A stretch of DNA of 64,000 bases from an uncultured Verrucomicrobiae bacterium (GTDB lineage: Bacteria > Verrucomicrobiota > Verrucomicrobiia > Chthoniobacterales > Chthoniobacteraceae): contig CAWHEP010000010.1 of the NCBI GenBank assembly GCA_963828525.1, positions 224,001 to 288,000 of the forward strand, in the 5' to 3' direction. Of the stretch, positions 23,123-34,106 are shown in pieces (the stretch's first letter is position 1; the number at the start of each line of letters is the position of its first letter). Below the pieces are notes generated by a model. That model worked only from the letters and a program-made list of their open reading frames with translations. It ran no database searches and was not told the DNA's origin. The position numbers were made by a program, and so were the translations under genes.

Positions 23123-25938
23123 ATGGCCAAGAAACCACACCCACCAAGACCGTCGAGACGCTCACGCACGACGACCGACACGCGCAAGAACATCCCCACC
23201 GCCGAGTATCAGTCCGTGCTCAAAAAGGAGAGCGAATCCCGTGCGGTGGCCTACGAGCGCCGCAACCGCGACCTCGATCCGCAGCTCGTCTGGCGCGGAA
23301 GGATGAGCAGGACTGGAGCGACCTCGTCGTCCACGCGCCGCCGCTCTACATCCAGGAAAAGGTGCACCCGAAGGTGCTCATCGACGACCTGCTGCGCCAG
23401 ACGCGAGCGGAGCGCGAAGCGATGACGGCAGGCGGATGCTCACAGCTCGATCTCTTCGCCGACTTCAACGGCATCCCCGAGGGCGCGGACAAGACCGAGT
23501 TCTACCAGCACGACCAGAACTGGTCCAACCGCATGATCCTCGGCGACTCGCTCCAGGTCATGGCCAGCCTGGCCGAGCGCGAGGGGCTGCGCGGCAAGGT
23601 GCAGTGCATCTACCTCGACCCGCCCTACGGCATCAAGTTCAACAGCAACTTCCAGTGGTCCACCACCAGCCGCGACGTGAAGGACGGCAACGCCGGCCAC
23701 ATCACCCGCGAGCCGGAGCAGGTCAAAGCCTTCCGCGACACCTGGCGCGACGGCATCCACAGCTACCTCACCTACCTGCGCGACCGGCTCACCGTCGCCC
23801 GCGATCTGCTCACCGAGTCGGGCTCGATCTTCGTGCAGATCGGCGATGAGAATGTGCACCGCGTCCGGGCGGTGATGGATGAGGTGTTCGGCGAGAACAA
23901 CTTCTGTCGCTCAGATAATGTTTCAGAAGACTGGCAGTACTCGAGTAGCTCGATACCTCAGTCGATCGACGATTACGTTCTGTGGTTTGCAAGACGCGAC
24001 AGCAGTCAAGTTTCGGCAGCCTTATTCGCGAAAGCTTCCAGGAGCAGGATCAGACTATCGACAACGTCGATACTTGATGTGTCGGTACGGCGATCGACGC
24101 AGACGAAAGCGAGGCAACTCGACAGATCGCCAGTCTAAGACTCTTCACGACTGCACTCGGATCAGCAAGATCCGCAAGTCACGAGTTCTGCGTTCCGATG
24201 GTCGGACATATTCATCCGGCAACGGCAGCAGCTGGAAAACCAATGCCAGCGGAATGGATCGCCTTGCTAAAGCTGATCGGCTTATGCAGCCAGACGACAG
24301 TCTCGACTATCGCCGTTTCTTGATGACTTTCCTGTCGTACACGATGCACAATATCTGGGACGACACCGGAGTCGACGGTTTCGAGGAACAAGATTTATGT
24401 CGTTCAGACACGCCACAAGGTAATCGAGCGTTGCCTCCTCATGACCACCGACCCCGGCGATCTCGTGCTCGACCCGACCTGCGGGTCCGGCACGACGGCG
24501 TATCGTCGCCGAGCAATGGGGCCGGCGCTGGATCACGATCGACACCTCGCGCGTGGCGCTGGCGCTGGCCCGTGCCCGCATCATGGGCGCGCGCTATCCG
24601 TATTACCTGCTGGCCGACTCCGCGAGGGCCAGCGAAGGAAGCGGAAGTCACCGCGCCGCGCCAGCTCGCAGCCGGTGCACGGCAACATCCGCCACGGCTT
24701 CGTCTACGAGCGCGTGCCGCACATCACGCTCAAATCGATCGCCAACAACGCCGAGATCGACGTGATCTGGGACAAGTGGCAGAGCGAAGCTGGAGCCGCT
24801 GCGCGAGCAAGCTGAACGCCGCGGCTCGGCGAACGGATGGCAGGAATGGGAGATCCCGCGCGAGGCGAGCACGGCTGGCTGGTCCGGACGCCGCCGAAGA
24901 ACTGCACGCCGAATGGTGGCAGGCCCGCATCGCCCGGCAGAAGGAGATCGACGCCTCCATCGCCGCCAAGGCCGAGTTCGAGTATCTGTACGACAAGCCC
25001 TACGACGACAAGAAGAAGGTCCGCGTGGCCGGGCCGTTCACGGTCGAGAGCCTATCGCCCCACCGCATGCTCGGCGTCGACGAAGAACGACGAGCTGATC
25101 GACCCCGCCTGGCCAAGCGCCGGCTGACGGCGATCGCGCCGACGCAGACTTCGCCCAGATGATCCTGGAGAACCTCAAGACCGCCGGCGTGCAGCAGGCG
25201 CACAAGGAGGACCGGATCACCTTCACCGCGCTGACACCCTGGCCCGGCATCTGTCTGCGCCGAAGGGCGCTACCTGAGGAAGGCGAAGGAGCCGAGAAGC
25301 GCGCGCCGCCATCTTCATCGGCCCGGAGTTCGGCACCGTGCAGCGCGCCGACCTGGTCGCCGCCGCCCGCGAGGCCGGCGATGCCGGCTTCGATGTGCTG
25401 ATCGCCTGCGCCTTCAACTACGAGGCCCACACCACCGAGTTCAGCAAGCTCGGCCGCATCCCGGTGCTCAAGGCGCGGATGAACGCCGACCTGCACATGG
25501 CCGACGACCTGAAGAACACCGGCAAGGGCAACCTGTTTGTGATCTTCGGCGAGCCGGACATCGACATCCTGGACGCCGGCGCCGGACGGCCAGATGCGGG
25601 TGAAGGTGAACGGCGTGGATGTCTTCGACCCCAACACCGGCGAAGTCCGTCAGCGACGGCGCCGACGGCATCGCCTGCTGGTTCATCGACACCGACTACA
25701 ACGAAGAAAGCTTCTTCGTCCGCCACGCCTACTTCCTCGGCGCCAACGATCCCTACAGCGTCGCTCAAGACCACGCTCAAGGCCGAGATCAACGCCGAAG
25801 CCTGGGCGACGCTGCACAGCGACACCTCGCGGCCTTCGACAAGCCGCAGTCGGGCCGGATCGCGGTGAAGGTGATCAACCACCTGGGGACGAAGTGATGA
25901 AGGTTTTCAAATCATATGATGCGTCATTGGCCTCCTAA
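23123..25938 (+). CDS. mod: type III-like N6-adenine DNA methyltransferase Mod; many indels
   Basis: [75 protein letters not shown]. Confidence 0.9.
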
Positions 25939-27623
25939 ACCAAATCAGAAAAGATGAAATAGTCCTGCCCGCGATCCAACGGGATTTCGTGTGGGAGGAA
26001 GACAAAATAGCGAAGCTCCTCGACTCCATCCTTCGCGGCTATCCTGTTGGCATCGCGCTGCTTTGGGAAACCTACCACTCACTTCAGTACCGAACCTTCA
26101 TCAAGGACATCGCCGGAGCTGGCAACCTTCAAGGAGAATGAAAAGGGAAGCGGCGCCCGTGGTTTTGGACAGTCAACAGCGGCTCCAGTCGCTCTACATC
26201 GCAAATATTTAGGCACATTTGAAGCCAAAAACCTATGCTTCGACGTGCTGAGCGGCCGCACACAAGATGATGTGTCCGAACAGAAGTTCATATTCGAATT
26301 CTTTGACTCCAAATGGCTCGACCATTGGAATTCTCACACCAAGGAGCAATTAGCTAAGGCAGAGAGTGACCGAGATCGGGATTTCTACCTATGGTATTAC
26401 GTCAAAGTTTCCGACCTATTCGGAATGAGCGCAACCGCGCCGCGAGAAGTTCGTCGGAAAGCTTGCTGGTGAGTTGAGCCTCAACGTTGACGACCAAACA
26501 CGCCTCCGGGTAAATCTTGCGACCTTTGATGAACCCACTACAAATTCGAGTCGGTGAATCTTTTGATAATCGATGAGAACTGACACCGGAAAGTGAGGAT
26601 CGGAAGAGTGAGGCGATGTCGTGGAGATCTTCGTTCGGATCGACAGAGAGCGCACTCCACTCATCCGTTCCGATCTAATCTTCAGCATGCTGAAGCTAAC
26701 GTTGAAGGAATCCGCCGAGGCGTAGCCGGATTTTGTGCATGGAGTCAATGAGGGAAACTCACCGTCACTTGAAACCAATTTTGTGATCCGTTGTTTTTCG
26801 CGGAATTTGACCGTGGGTGCAAAGTTTGCGCTCGATCATTTGCGAACAAGAAAAGCAATGTGCAGAAGCTATCGAGGACAACTTCGACGGCTTCTGCAAC
26901 GCAATCAATGCGACAGTCGATTTCCTGACGCAACATTGCTCGATTCAGAACAGCGGTCTTCTTGGTGGGCGAACGATCCTGGTCCCCTTCGTCTATTACT
27001 TCTTCCATACGAAGAAGCACCGTGTTTCCCGGCTTCGGAAATTCCGCGCGCTCGCCAAGCGCTTTACTGGCTCGGATTCTCGCGCGCCCTGTCGCGCTAT
27101 GGCGATAGTCGGGCAGGCGCCCTTATCCGGGATGCCTAAGCCGCTTGCGAAAAAGGTGACGAGTCGTTTCCTTTCGAAAAGGTAGTGAGCTGGGTCAATT
27201 ATTGGGAGGGAGTCAGCGAATTTGGGGCAGATTTGCTCCAGCGTAACCACCATCTCACCTTACACGTCATCCAAGAGATAATTGGTGCGCAGGTCATTCT
27301 AGGGCAAATTTGCCGAAGATGATCATATCTTTCCGCGAGCAACCCTCCGCGAAGCCAAATACGACGAAGGTATGGTCAACCACTTCGCAAACTTCTGGAT
27401 TCTGGCGCGCGAGAAGAACCGAAATAAGAGCGATACGCCTCCGCGGAAGTATTTCAAAGACGTCCCAGACTTGGAACTGAACCGCGCCTTAATCAGCCGA
27501 GACCTTCTGGACTTTAAGAAATACCGTGAGTTTATCGCGAGTCGGGCAGAGCAAATTGTTGCAAAAGTCCGCGCAAAGCTGGATTTCGCTGAACGTGTAG
27601 ATGCGGATCCTCAGGCTAGTTGA
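25916..27623 (+). CDS. GmrSD-like DUF262/DUF1524 endonuclease; many indels
   Basis: IVLPAIQRDFVWEEDKIAKLLDSILRGYPVG, VLD(G/S)QQRLQSL, EIFVRI; C-terminal DHIFP...NHFANFWIL...NRNKSD. Confidence 0.8.
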
Positions 27624-27690
27624 CACAATACAGGCGTCCCTCTCCCTTCCACTTTGGTGAGCGAATTGCCGATGCTTTCCTAAACAAGTC

Positions 27691-29776
27691 ATGAACTTCC
27701 GAATCGCTGATACCTTCACCGAGAGCCTGGGCCGCCTGACGGGTGACGAACAGAAGGCCGTCGAAGACCACGGCTTTCGATCTGCAAATCAATCCCGCGA
27801 GTCCGGGGATGAGCTTTCACAAGCTCGACCAAGCGAAGGACAAGAATTCTGGTCCGTCCGTGTCAGTCGCGACATTCGCCTGATTGTTCACAAGACAGCG
27901 GCGGAGCTGCTGCTGTGCTACGTCGATCATCACGCCAGAGCTTATCGTTGGCCCGACGGCGCAAGCTGAGACACACCCGAAGACGGGCGCGGCGCAATTG
28001 GTCGAGATTCGCGAGCCGATGCCGGAACTCACTTGGTGCCCTATAGGCTATGTGCCTTGAGACGCAAGCATGCGCCGCCGCGATCATAAGCAGGCTCGGC
28101 GGCACCTCTCCCGAGACGAACCCTTCGAGCTACGATGACCCAGCGGCGAATGGCTGAAAGACGTTCACGCGGCCGATGAAGACACGCTCTTAACAATCGC
28201 CGACCATCTTCCCGCCGAAGCTGCGGAAGCGTTGTTGGAATTAGCGACCGGTGGACGGCCGCTCGTGGCTCCTGCCGCTACCGCGCAGGGTTGATCCGTT
28301 TGCGCATCCCGATGCGCAGCGCCGTTTCCGGGTGATGAACGATGTGGAGGAGCTGGAGCGCGCCCTGAACTTCCCTTGGGACAAGTGGACGATCTTTCTT
28401 CATCCCGCGCAACGCGATTGGGTGGAGCGCGACTATAGCGGGCCGGCTCGTGTCGCCCGTTCCGCCGGCACAGGGAAAACGATTGTCGCGCTGCATCGGG
28501 CGGTTTTCCTGGCGCTCGCGAACCCAGATGCCCGAGTGCTGCTGACTACGTTTTCGGACATCCTCGCAAATGCGCTTCGGACGAGGTTGCGGCGCTTGGT
28601 CAGCAATGAGCCGCGTCTCGGGGAACGGCTGGAAGTGGAGTCGATCAGCGCGATCGGGTTGAGACTCTACAAGTCGCTTGTTGGACAGCCGAAGATCGCG
28701 ACGCGGGAAAATATCCTCGAGTTTCTGCGGGATGCAGCCGCCAAGGTCGGGGGCCACAAGTTCAGCCCTCACTTCCTTCTGACTGAGTGGGAACAAGTCG
28801 TGGACGCATGGCAGATCGACTCGTGGGAAGCGTATCGCGACGTGGAAAGGCTCGGACGAAGGACCCGCCTGCCGGAGCCACAGCGGGCGATCCTTTGGTC
28901 GATCTTCGAGAAAGTGAGGAGCAGTCTCGAAAGCCGCGCTCTGATCACGGAAGCGGGCCTTTTCGCAAAGCTCGCCGCTGTAGTCGGCAAGCAGGAACGA
29001 GCACCTTTCGACTTTGCGGTCGTGGACGAAGCGCAGGACATCTCCGTGGCGCACCTGAGATTCTTTGCGGCACTCGGCGGGAATAGGGCCAACGCGCTCT
29101 TCTTCGCCGGGGACCTTGGCCAACGAATTTTCCAACAGCCTTTCTCGTGGCGTTCGCTGGGTGTGGATGTTCGCGGTCGCTCCAAGACTCTCCGCGTGAA
29201 CTACCGCACCTCGCATCAAATCCGAACGCAGGCGGACCGTTTGCTAGCACCCGAGGTATCCGACGCCGACGGTAACACGGAGGGTCGAAACGACACGGTA
29301 TCCGTCTTCAATGGGGCCGTGCCAACCGTCCGCATCTTCGCAAGCGAGGATGCGGAGATTGCAGCAGTCGGCGCCTGGCTTTCCGAAAGAGCCAGGGAGG
29401 GAGTGGCCACGCACGAGTTTGGCGTCTTTGTCCGTTCACCAAAGGAACTGGAGCGGGCGCGCGCGGCCGTGGAGAAGGCTGGACTGCCGTTTGAGATTCT
29501 CGATGAGAAGGGCACTGGTTCGGGCGCTCGCGTTTCGATCAGCACCATGCACCTCGCAAAGGGCCTAGAGTTTCGAGCCGTCGCCGTCATCGGGTGCGAT
29601 GACGAAGTGATTCCTCTCCAAGAGCGAATTGAGAAAGTCACGGAAGACTCCGATCTCCAGGAAGTTTACGATACCGAGCGGCACCTGCTCTACGTCGCCT
29701 GCACCCGCGCACGAGATTACCTGCTCGTGACCAGCGTCGAGCCTGCGTCGGAATTCTGGACGACCTGCGGGCGTAG
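27691..29776 (+). CDS. UvrD-like SF1 helicase with N-terminal RelE-like domain; indels
   Basis: MNFRIADTF...FWSVRVSRDIRLIVH...YVDHH N-domain; FLHPAQR, AGTGKT, VVDEAQD, NYRT, TMHLAKGLEF, LYVACTRAR; corrected end EF(L)DDLRA*. Confidence 0.87.
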
Positions 29777-29800
29777 TGAGTGCAGATGGGGAGAGGGAGG

Positions 29801-29830
29801 CCTCACGCAAAGGCGCTAAGGACGCAAAGG
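29801..29830. repeat. 9-bp-period module in reverse orientation
   Basis: cctcacgcaaaggcgctaaggacgcaaagg, a variant reverse complement of 2884-2918. Confidence 0.75.
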
Positions 29831-30169
29831 GGCAGAGAGGGGGATCGGGGACTGAGCGGGGGAGGAGAAGACTGAGAGGCCGTTGGGCGCGGACGGCTTC
29901 AAGGAGGACGAGGCGTTTAGAAGGACGGGCGCGTAGCGCAACTTGATGGGACGAGGGAGAGGTAGCGCGAGAAGGCTTGATTGGGGAGGGTTCCTGGATT
30001 TAATGGGTGGGTTGCTACGACCAAGCCATGCATCTGTGGAGGCCATTGCGACGTCATATCCATGTGTTTGCTCCTTGCTTTGATGATTCCACGCTTTACC
30101 GCTGCTTCGGCGGGGGATGGGACGTTGGCGCGAGGGGTGGGACGCTCGAGGGATGTTCGCGTTTTCTGC

Positions 30170-30745
30170 ATGAGCACGGGGAGCGGCGGAGAACACGGGT
30201 CTGAGATGGGGTTGCTCGAGCGGATCAAGCTTGGGGATGAGGACGCTTTCTCGCAGTTTTATGATCGATTTTCACCACTGCTTTTTGGGGTGGTTTTCAA
30301 GATATTGAATGATTCCAAGGAGGCGGAGGATGTGGTGCAGGAAGGGTTTCTGCACGTGTGGAACCGGGCGGGGACTTACGACGCGACACGCAGCAGCCCG
30401 GCAACGTGGGCGACTATGATTTTCCGGCATAAGGCCATAGACCGGCTGAGGTCACGAGCGCGACGGGATCGGCGGATGGAGCAGGCGGCACTGGAGCCTG
30501 AGCTCATATTTAATGCCCAGGAGGGGCCGGCGCGGGCGGCTTCGCGGAACGAGGAGAAGGTGGCCATCGCGGCGGCGATGTCGAAGCTTCCAAGCGATCA
30601 GCGCGAGGCGATCGGGTTCGCGTTCATCTCCGGGCTGACGCAGGAGGAAATCGCGAAGAAGCTTGCGACTCCGCTGGGGACTGTGAAGGCGAGGATTCGG
30701 CGGGGGATGTTGAAGTTGAGAGAGTATCTCACAGGGGAGTTATGA
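30170..30745 (+). CDS. ECF sigma factor (SigK-like)
   Basis: GDEDAFSQFYDRF, AEDVVQEGF, AIDRLR, LPSDQRE, GLTQEEIA, PLGTVKARIRRG. Confidence 0.92.
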   Translation: MSTGSGGEHGSEMGLLERIKLGDEDAFSQFYDRFSPLLFGVVFKILNDSKEAEDVVQEGFLHVWNRAGTYDATRSSPATWATMIFRHKAIDRLRSRARRDRRMEQAALEPELIFNAQEGPARAASRNEEKVAIAAAMSKLPSDQREAIGFAFISGLTQEEIAKKLATPLGTVKARIRRGMLKLREYLTGEL

Positions 30746-31446
30746 TGGACGAGTCCACTGAAGAAAGGGCGGTGTTGTATGTGTTCGGATTGCTGGACGC
30801 AGAGGAGGCGCGCGTCTTGGAGAAGGAAATAAGGGAGAACGCGGAGCTGGGACGGTTCGTTCGGGAGATGGAGAATATCGCGGCGTCTCTGGCGCAGTGC
30901 GTAGAACCCAGGACGCCACCGGCGGAGTTGAAGCGGCGGTTGATGGCGGAAATCCAGCGCGGGAAAATTGTGACGATGCCAGCGCCGGCGCGGTGGAGCA
31001 ATTCGTGGGCGCCATGGGCAGTGGCGGCTTGTCTGGCGCTGCTGGCCGGGAGCCTGGCGATTGATCGGGCGCGTCTCAAGGAACAGGTTGCGATGATGGC
31101 GGACGAGGACGCGCTCTCGCGGGTGAAGATCGCGACACTTTCGTCGATGCTGGATAGCGCGCCGAAGGGGAGCGCGGTGGTGGTGTGGAATGAGGAGAAG
31201 CAGGAGGGGATCATAAAGGTTGAGAATATGCCGGCGGCGCGGGCGGATCAGGACTACCAGTTGTGGGTGATCGATCCAGGATACAAGCTACCCGTGAACG
31301 CGGGTGTGTTTCACCCGGAAGGTTCTGAGAAGAGGATGTTCAAACCGACGGCCATGATAACGTCACCGGCGAAGTTCGCGGTGACGATTGAGCGGAAGGG
31401 CGGCGCGCCGCATAATGAGGGGCCTATCGTGTTGGTAAGCAAGTAG
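30742..31446 (+). CDS. rskA: anti-sigma factor (RskA family)
   Basis: YVFGLL N-terminus, PPAELKRRL, single TM, DYQLWVI, AGVF, FAVTIE..GG; overlaps the sigma stop. Confidence 0.88.
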   Translation: MMDESTEERAVLYVFGLLDAEEARVLEKEIRENAELGRFVREMENIAASLAQCVEPRTPPAELKRRLMAEIQRGKIVTMPAPARWSNSWAPWAVAACLALLAGSLAIDRARLKEQVAMMADEDALSRVKIATLSSMLDSAPKGSAVVVWNEEKQEGIIKVENMPAARADQDYQLWVIDPGYKLPVNAGVFHPEGSEKRMFKPTAMITSPAKFAVTIERKGGAPHNEGPIVLVSK

Positions 31447-31497
31447 GGCGGACAGGGAAGGGGATCTAGCGGGCGAGGGAAAGGCACTTCTTCCCCA

Positions 31498-31524
31498 GGT
31501 AGGGAAGCCTCGCCGAGGCGTCCG
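31498..31524. repeat. GTAG-type REP-like palindrome
   Basis: ggtagggaagcctcgccgaggcgtccg. Confidence 0.55.
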
Positions 31525-31708
31525 TTGGTCGTGAGGACGCCCACTTCAGATCAATCTCCGAAGTCAGCCCGGGGAGAAGGGGAAGCAGCAACGTGGAAAG
31601 TCGCCTGTCAAAACGCACGGAAGCCTCGCGACCCGTCCGTCCGATCAGTCTCCTATCACCTGGAGGATTGCGTTGCAACCGACGCCTTGGTATCCCGCTA
31701 GGCAGACT

Positions 31709-31971
31709 ATGCCGACAATTTCACGTTTTTACGGGATTTCCATTTTGATCAATTACCGAAATGAGCACCCGCCCGCGCATTTCCACGTTTACTACGGCGA
31801 TTTTGAAGCGGTCATCCAAATTCTTCCGCTCGGCATAATCGAGGGCAAACTGCCTCCCAGATCCTCGGGATGGTGATGGAATGGGCTACCATGCGCGAAG
31901 GCGAGTTGCTGCAAGCTTGGGATAATGCTATGCATCAACGTCCGTTGGTCCAAATAGAACCTCTGCCATGA
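31709..31971 (+). CDS. DUF4160 family protein (HicA-like fold, putative toxin); one indel near 31860
   Basis: MPTISRFYGISI...EHPPAHFHVYYG...GKLPPR / LGMVMEWA...IEPLP. Confidence 0.88.
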
Positions 31972-32273
31972 TGCTGAACAACCGGGTAATAGCTGTGAGC
32001 TCGGGTCAGGACTTCGAACTCGAGATCACCTTCAAGGATGGCAAATCCTTTACCTTGGATTTTCGTCCAATGATCGAATCGGAGTCTGGCTGGCTTTATG
32101 ACGATCTGAAGAATCCAGATGTTTTCCAAAAGGTGAAGGTGAATGGCCTGACCCTCGAATGGTCAACTGGCTTGGATTTCTGCCCCGATGGTCTTCGTTA
32201 CTGCTGCGAAGTGGGTAGAATTTGCTCGGACGCCGAAATCGCCGAAGCATTCGCTCAGGCCCCCGTCTGTTGA
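31968..32273 (+). CDS. DUF2442 family protein (putative antitoxin)
   Basis: LEITFKDG, LKNPDVFQKV, TLEWSTGLDFCPD; ATGA overlap. Confidence 0.85.
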   Translation: MMLNNRVIAVSSGQDFELEITFKDGKSFTLDFRPMIESESGWLYDDLKNPDVFQKVKVNGLTLEWSTGLDFCPDGLRYCCEVGRICSDAEIAEAFAQAPVC

Positions 32274-32322
32274 GCAGCGGATTTCTTCGCGCCATGCCGC
32301 CGGAGGAACCCGCCCGGCCTCG

Positions 32323-32357
32323 CTTTTGTTACCAAGTTGCAACTTCGTAACAAGAAG
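32323..32357. repeat. REP-like palindrome
   Basis: cttttgttaccaagttgcaacttcgtaacaagaag, related to 4275-4303. Confidence 0.55.
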
Positions 32358-32436
32358 ACTGGGGAGACGTCGGGAAGGACGAAGATGTGCAAGGGGTTTT
32401 GCTGGATTTGACGCGGGATTTGGGTTGAGTGTTTGG

Positions 32437-33354
32437 ATGATGGTTTTCGAGTATCCGGTTCTTTTATTCTATAAGTATGTGGATATACCGGAGACGGCGC
32501 GGTTCGCGGCTTCGCAACGGAGGCTTTGCAAGCGCCTGGATTTGAAGGGGCGCATTTTGATCGCCAGCGAGGGGATGAATGGGACTGTGGCGGGGAAGCG
32601 GGATGCCGCCTGTGAGTACATGGAGACGCTCCGGGCGGATCCACTGTTCAGCGATATCGAGATGAAGGTGAGTGGGGGAGCGGCGGATACGTTTCCTCGG
32701 ATGGTGATAAAGGTGCGCCCCGAGATTGTGACGCTGGGGACGGGGAGGCAGCTCGCGCCGGATCGGGATAATCATTTGAGCCCGGCGGAGTGGAAGCGGA
32801 CCATGGAGGAGGAGCCGGATGTCGTGTTGTTGGACATCAGAAACAGGTATGAGTCGGCAGCGGGGAAGTTTGAGGGGGCGGTGGCTTGCGATATCGCGCA
32901 TTTCCGGGAGCTGCCCGGAAAGATTGAGGAATTGGCGGAATTAAAGGATCGAAAGGTTCTGATGTATTGCACGGGGGGCATCCGCTGCGAGAAGGCATCG
33001 GCGCTTTTCCGCGAGCAGGGGTTTAGGAACGTGTTCCAGTTGCACGGGGGAATCATGAGTTACCAGGAACAGTATGGGAATGAGCACTGGCTCGGAGAGT
33101 GTTTCGTGTTCGATAACCGGATGACGGTGCCGGTAGAGGAGGGTTTGGTGAGGATCAGCAAGTGCGCGCATTCGGGACGCCCGACGACTCGGTTTGTAAA
33201 TTGTCTGCACGACCCGTGTCACGTGCTGTTCCTCCTGGCGGAGGAGACAGAGGCGGAAAATGCCGACTACAGGCTGTGTCCAGCGTGCGTCGCTGCGGGA
33301 TGGACGTCGGCTACGGCTGAGTACCAGGGCAGTCCCGCGCGGGCAGAGATTTAG
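32437..33354 (+). CDS. trhO: tRNA uridine(34) hydroxylase TrhO (UPF0176 rhodanese)
   Basis: LLFYKY, GRILIASEGMNGT, DIRNRYE, MYCTGGIRCEKAS, QLHGGI, GECFVFD. Confidence 0.9.
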   Translation: MMVFEYPVLLFYKYVDIPETARFAASQRRLCKRLDLKGRILIASEGMNGTVAGKRDAACEYMETLRADPLFSDIEMKVSGGAADTFPRMVIKVRPEIVTLGTGRQLAPDRDNHLSPAEWKRTMEEEPDVVLLDIRNRYESAAGKFEGAVACDIAHFRELPGKIEELAELKDRKVLMYCTGGIRCEKASALFREQGFRNVFQLHGGIMSYQEQYGNEHWLGECFVFDNRMTVPVEEGLVRISKCAHSGRPTTRFVNCLHDPCHVLFLLAEETEAENADYRLCPACVAAGWTSATAEYQGSPARAEI

Positions 33355-34033
33355 AGAGCGCGTCGAGCAAGCTCCATAGGGCGCGTTTCGTCGCGGGGAG
33401 GTGGCGGCCGCAGTCGCGTATTTCGGCGAGAGACTGGATGAAGGGGCCTGCGCCGAGGTCCGGGGAGTCGCCAAGGAAGATATCGACATCATGGGCGCTG
33501 ACCTCGATATGAAATTGCAGCGCGACGACATTGGGGCCGTGGACAAAGGCCTGGTGGGCGCACGCTTCGCTGCGCGCGAGGGGAACGCAGCCGGGCGGGA
33601 GATCGAAGGTATCGCCATGCCAGTGGAACGCCACGAGATCAGACGGAAAATCGCGAAAGAAAGCGTGGGCGCGGCCCTCTGTGGTGAGAGAAACCGGGAA
33701 CCAGCCGATCTCGGATTGTGGGTTCTGAAAAACTTTGCCGCCGAGGGTGTCGGCGAGCAACTGGGCTCCCAGGCAGATGCCGAGGATGCCCTTGCCGAGG
33801 GAGAGAGCGGAGCGGATGAAATCCTTCTCCAATGGGAGCCACGGGAAATCGCGATGCTGGTAAATGTTCATCGCTCCGCCCATGATGAGGAGGAGGTCGA
33901 ACGAGTCCGGCGGAGGGAAGGGATGCCCGAGATAAACCTCCGTGCCGCTGATCTCGTGGCCGCGCTGCGCTGCCCAATCGCGAATCATGCCGGGACCTTC
34001 TGAAGCGGCATGCTGGAGGTAATGGATCTTCAT
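33311..34033 (-). CDS. class I glutamine amidotransferase
   Basis: IMGGAMN, LGICLGAQL, EIGW, HWHGDTF, QFHIE. Confidence 0.92.
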   Translation of the reverse strand: MKIHYLQHAASEGPGMIRDWAAQRGHEISGTEVYLGHPFPPPDSFDLLLIMGGAMNIYQHRDFPWLPLEKDFIRSALSLGKGILGICLGAQLLADTLGGKVFQNPQSEIGWFPVSLTTEGRAHAFFRDFPSDLVAFHWHGDTFDLPPGCVPLARSEACAHQAFVHGPNVVALQFHIEVSAHDVDIFLGDSPDLGAGPFIQSLAEIRDCGRHLPATKRALWSLLDALSKSLPARDCPGTQP

Positions 34034-34106
34034 TTCACTTTAACCGTGCAATCGGCGGTCATTTCATCAAATTGGTGTCGAAACGCCAGATATTCCCCTC
34101 CTCCCC

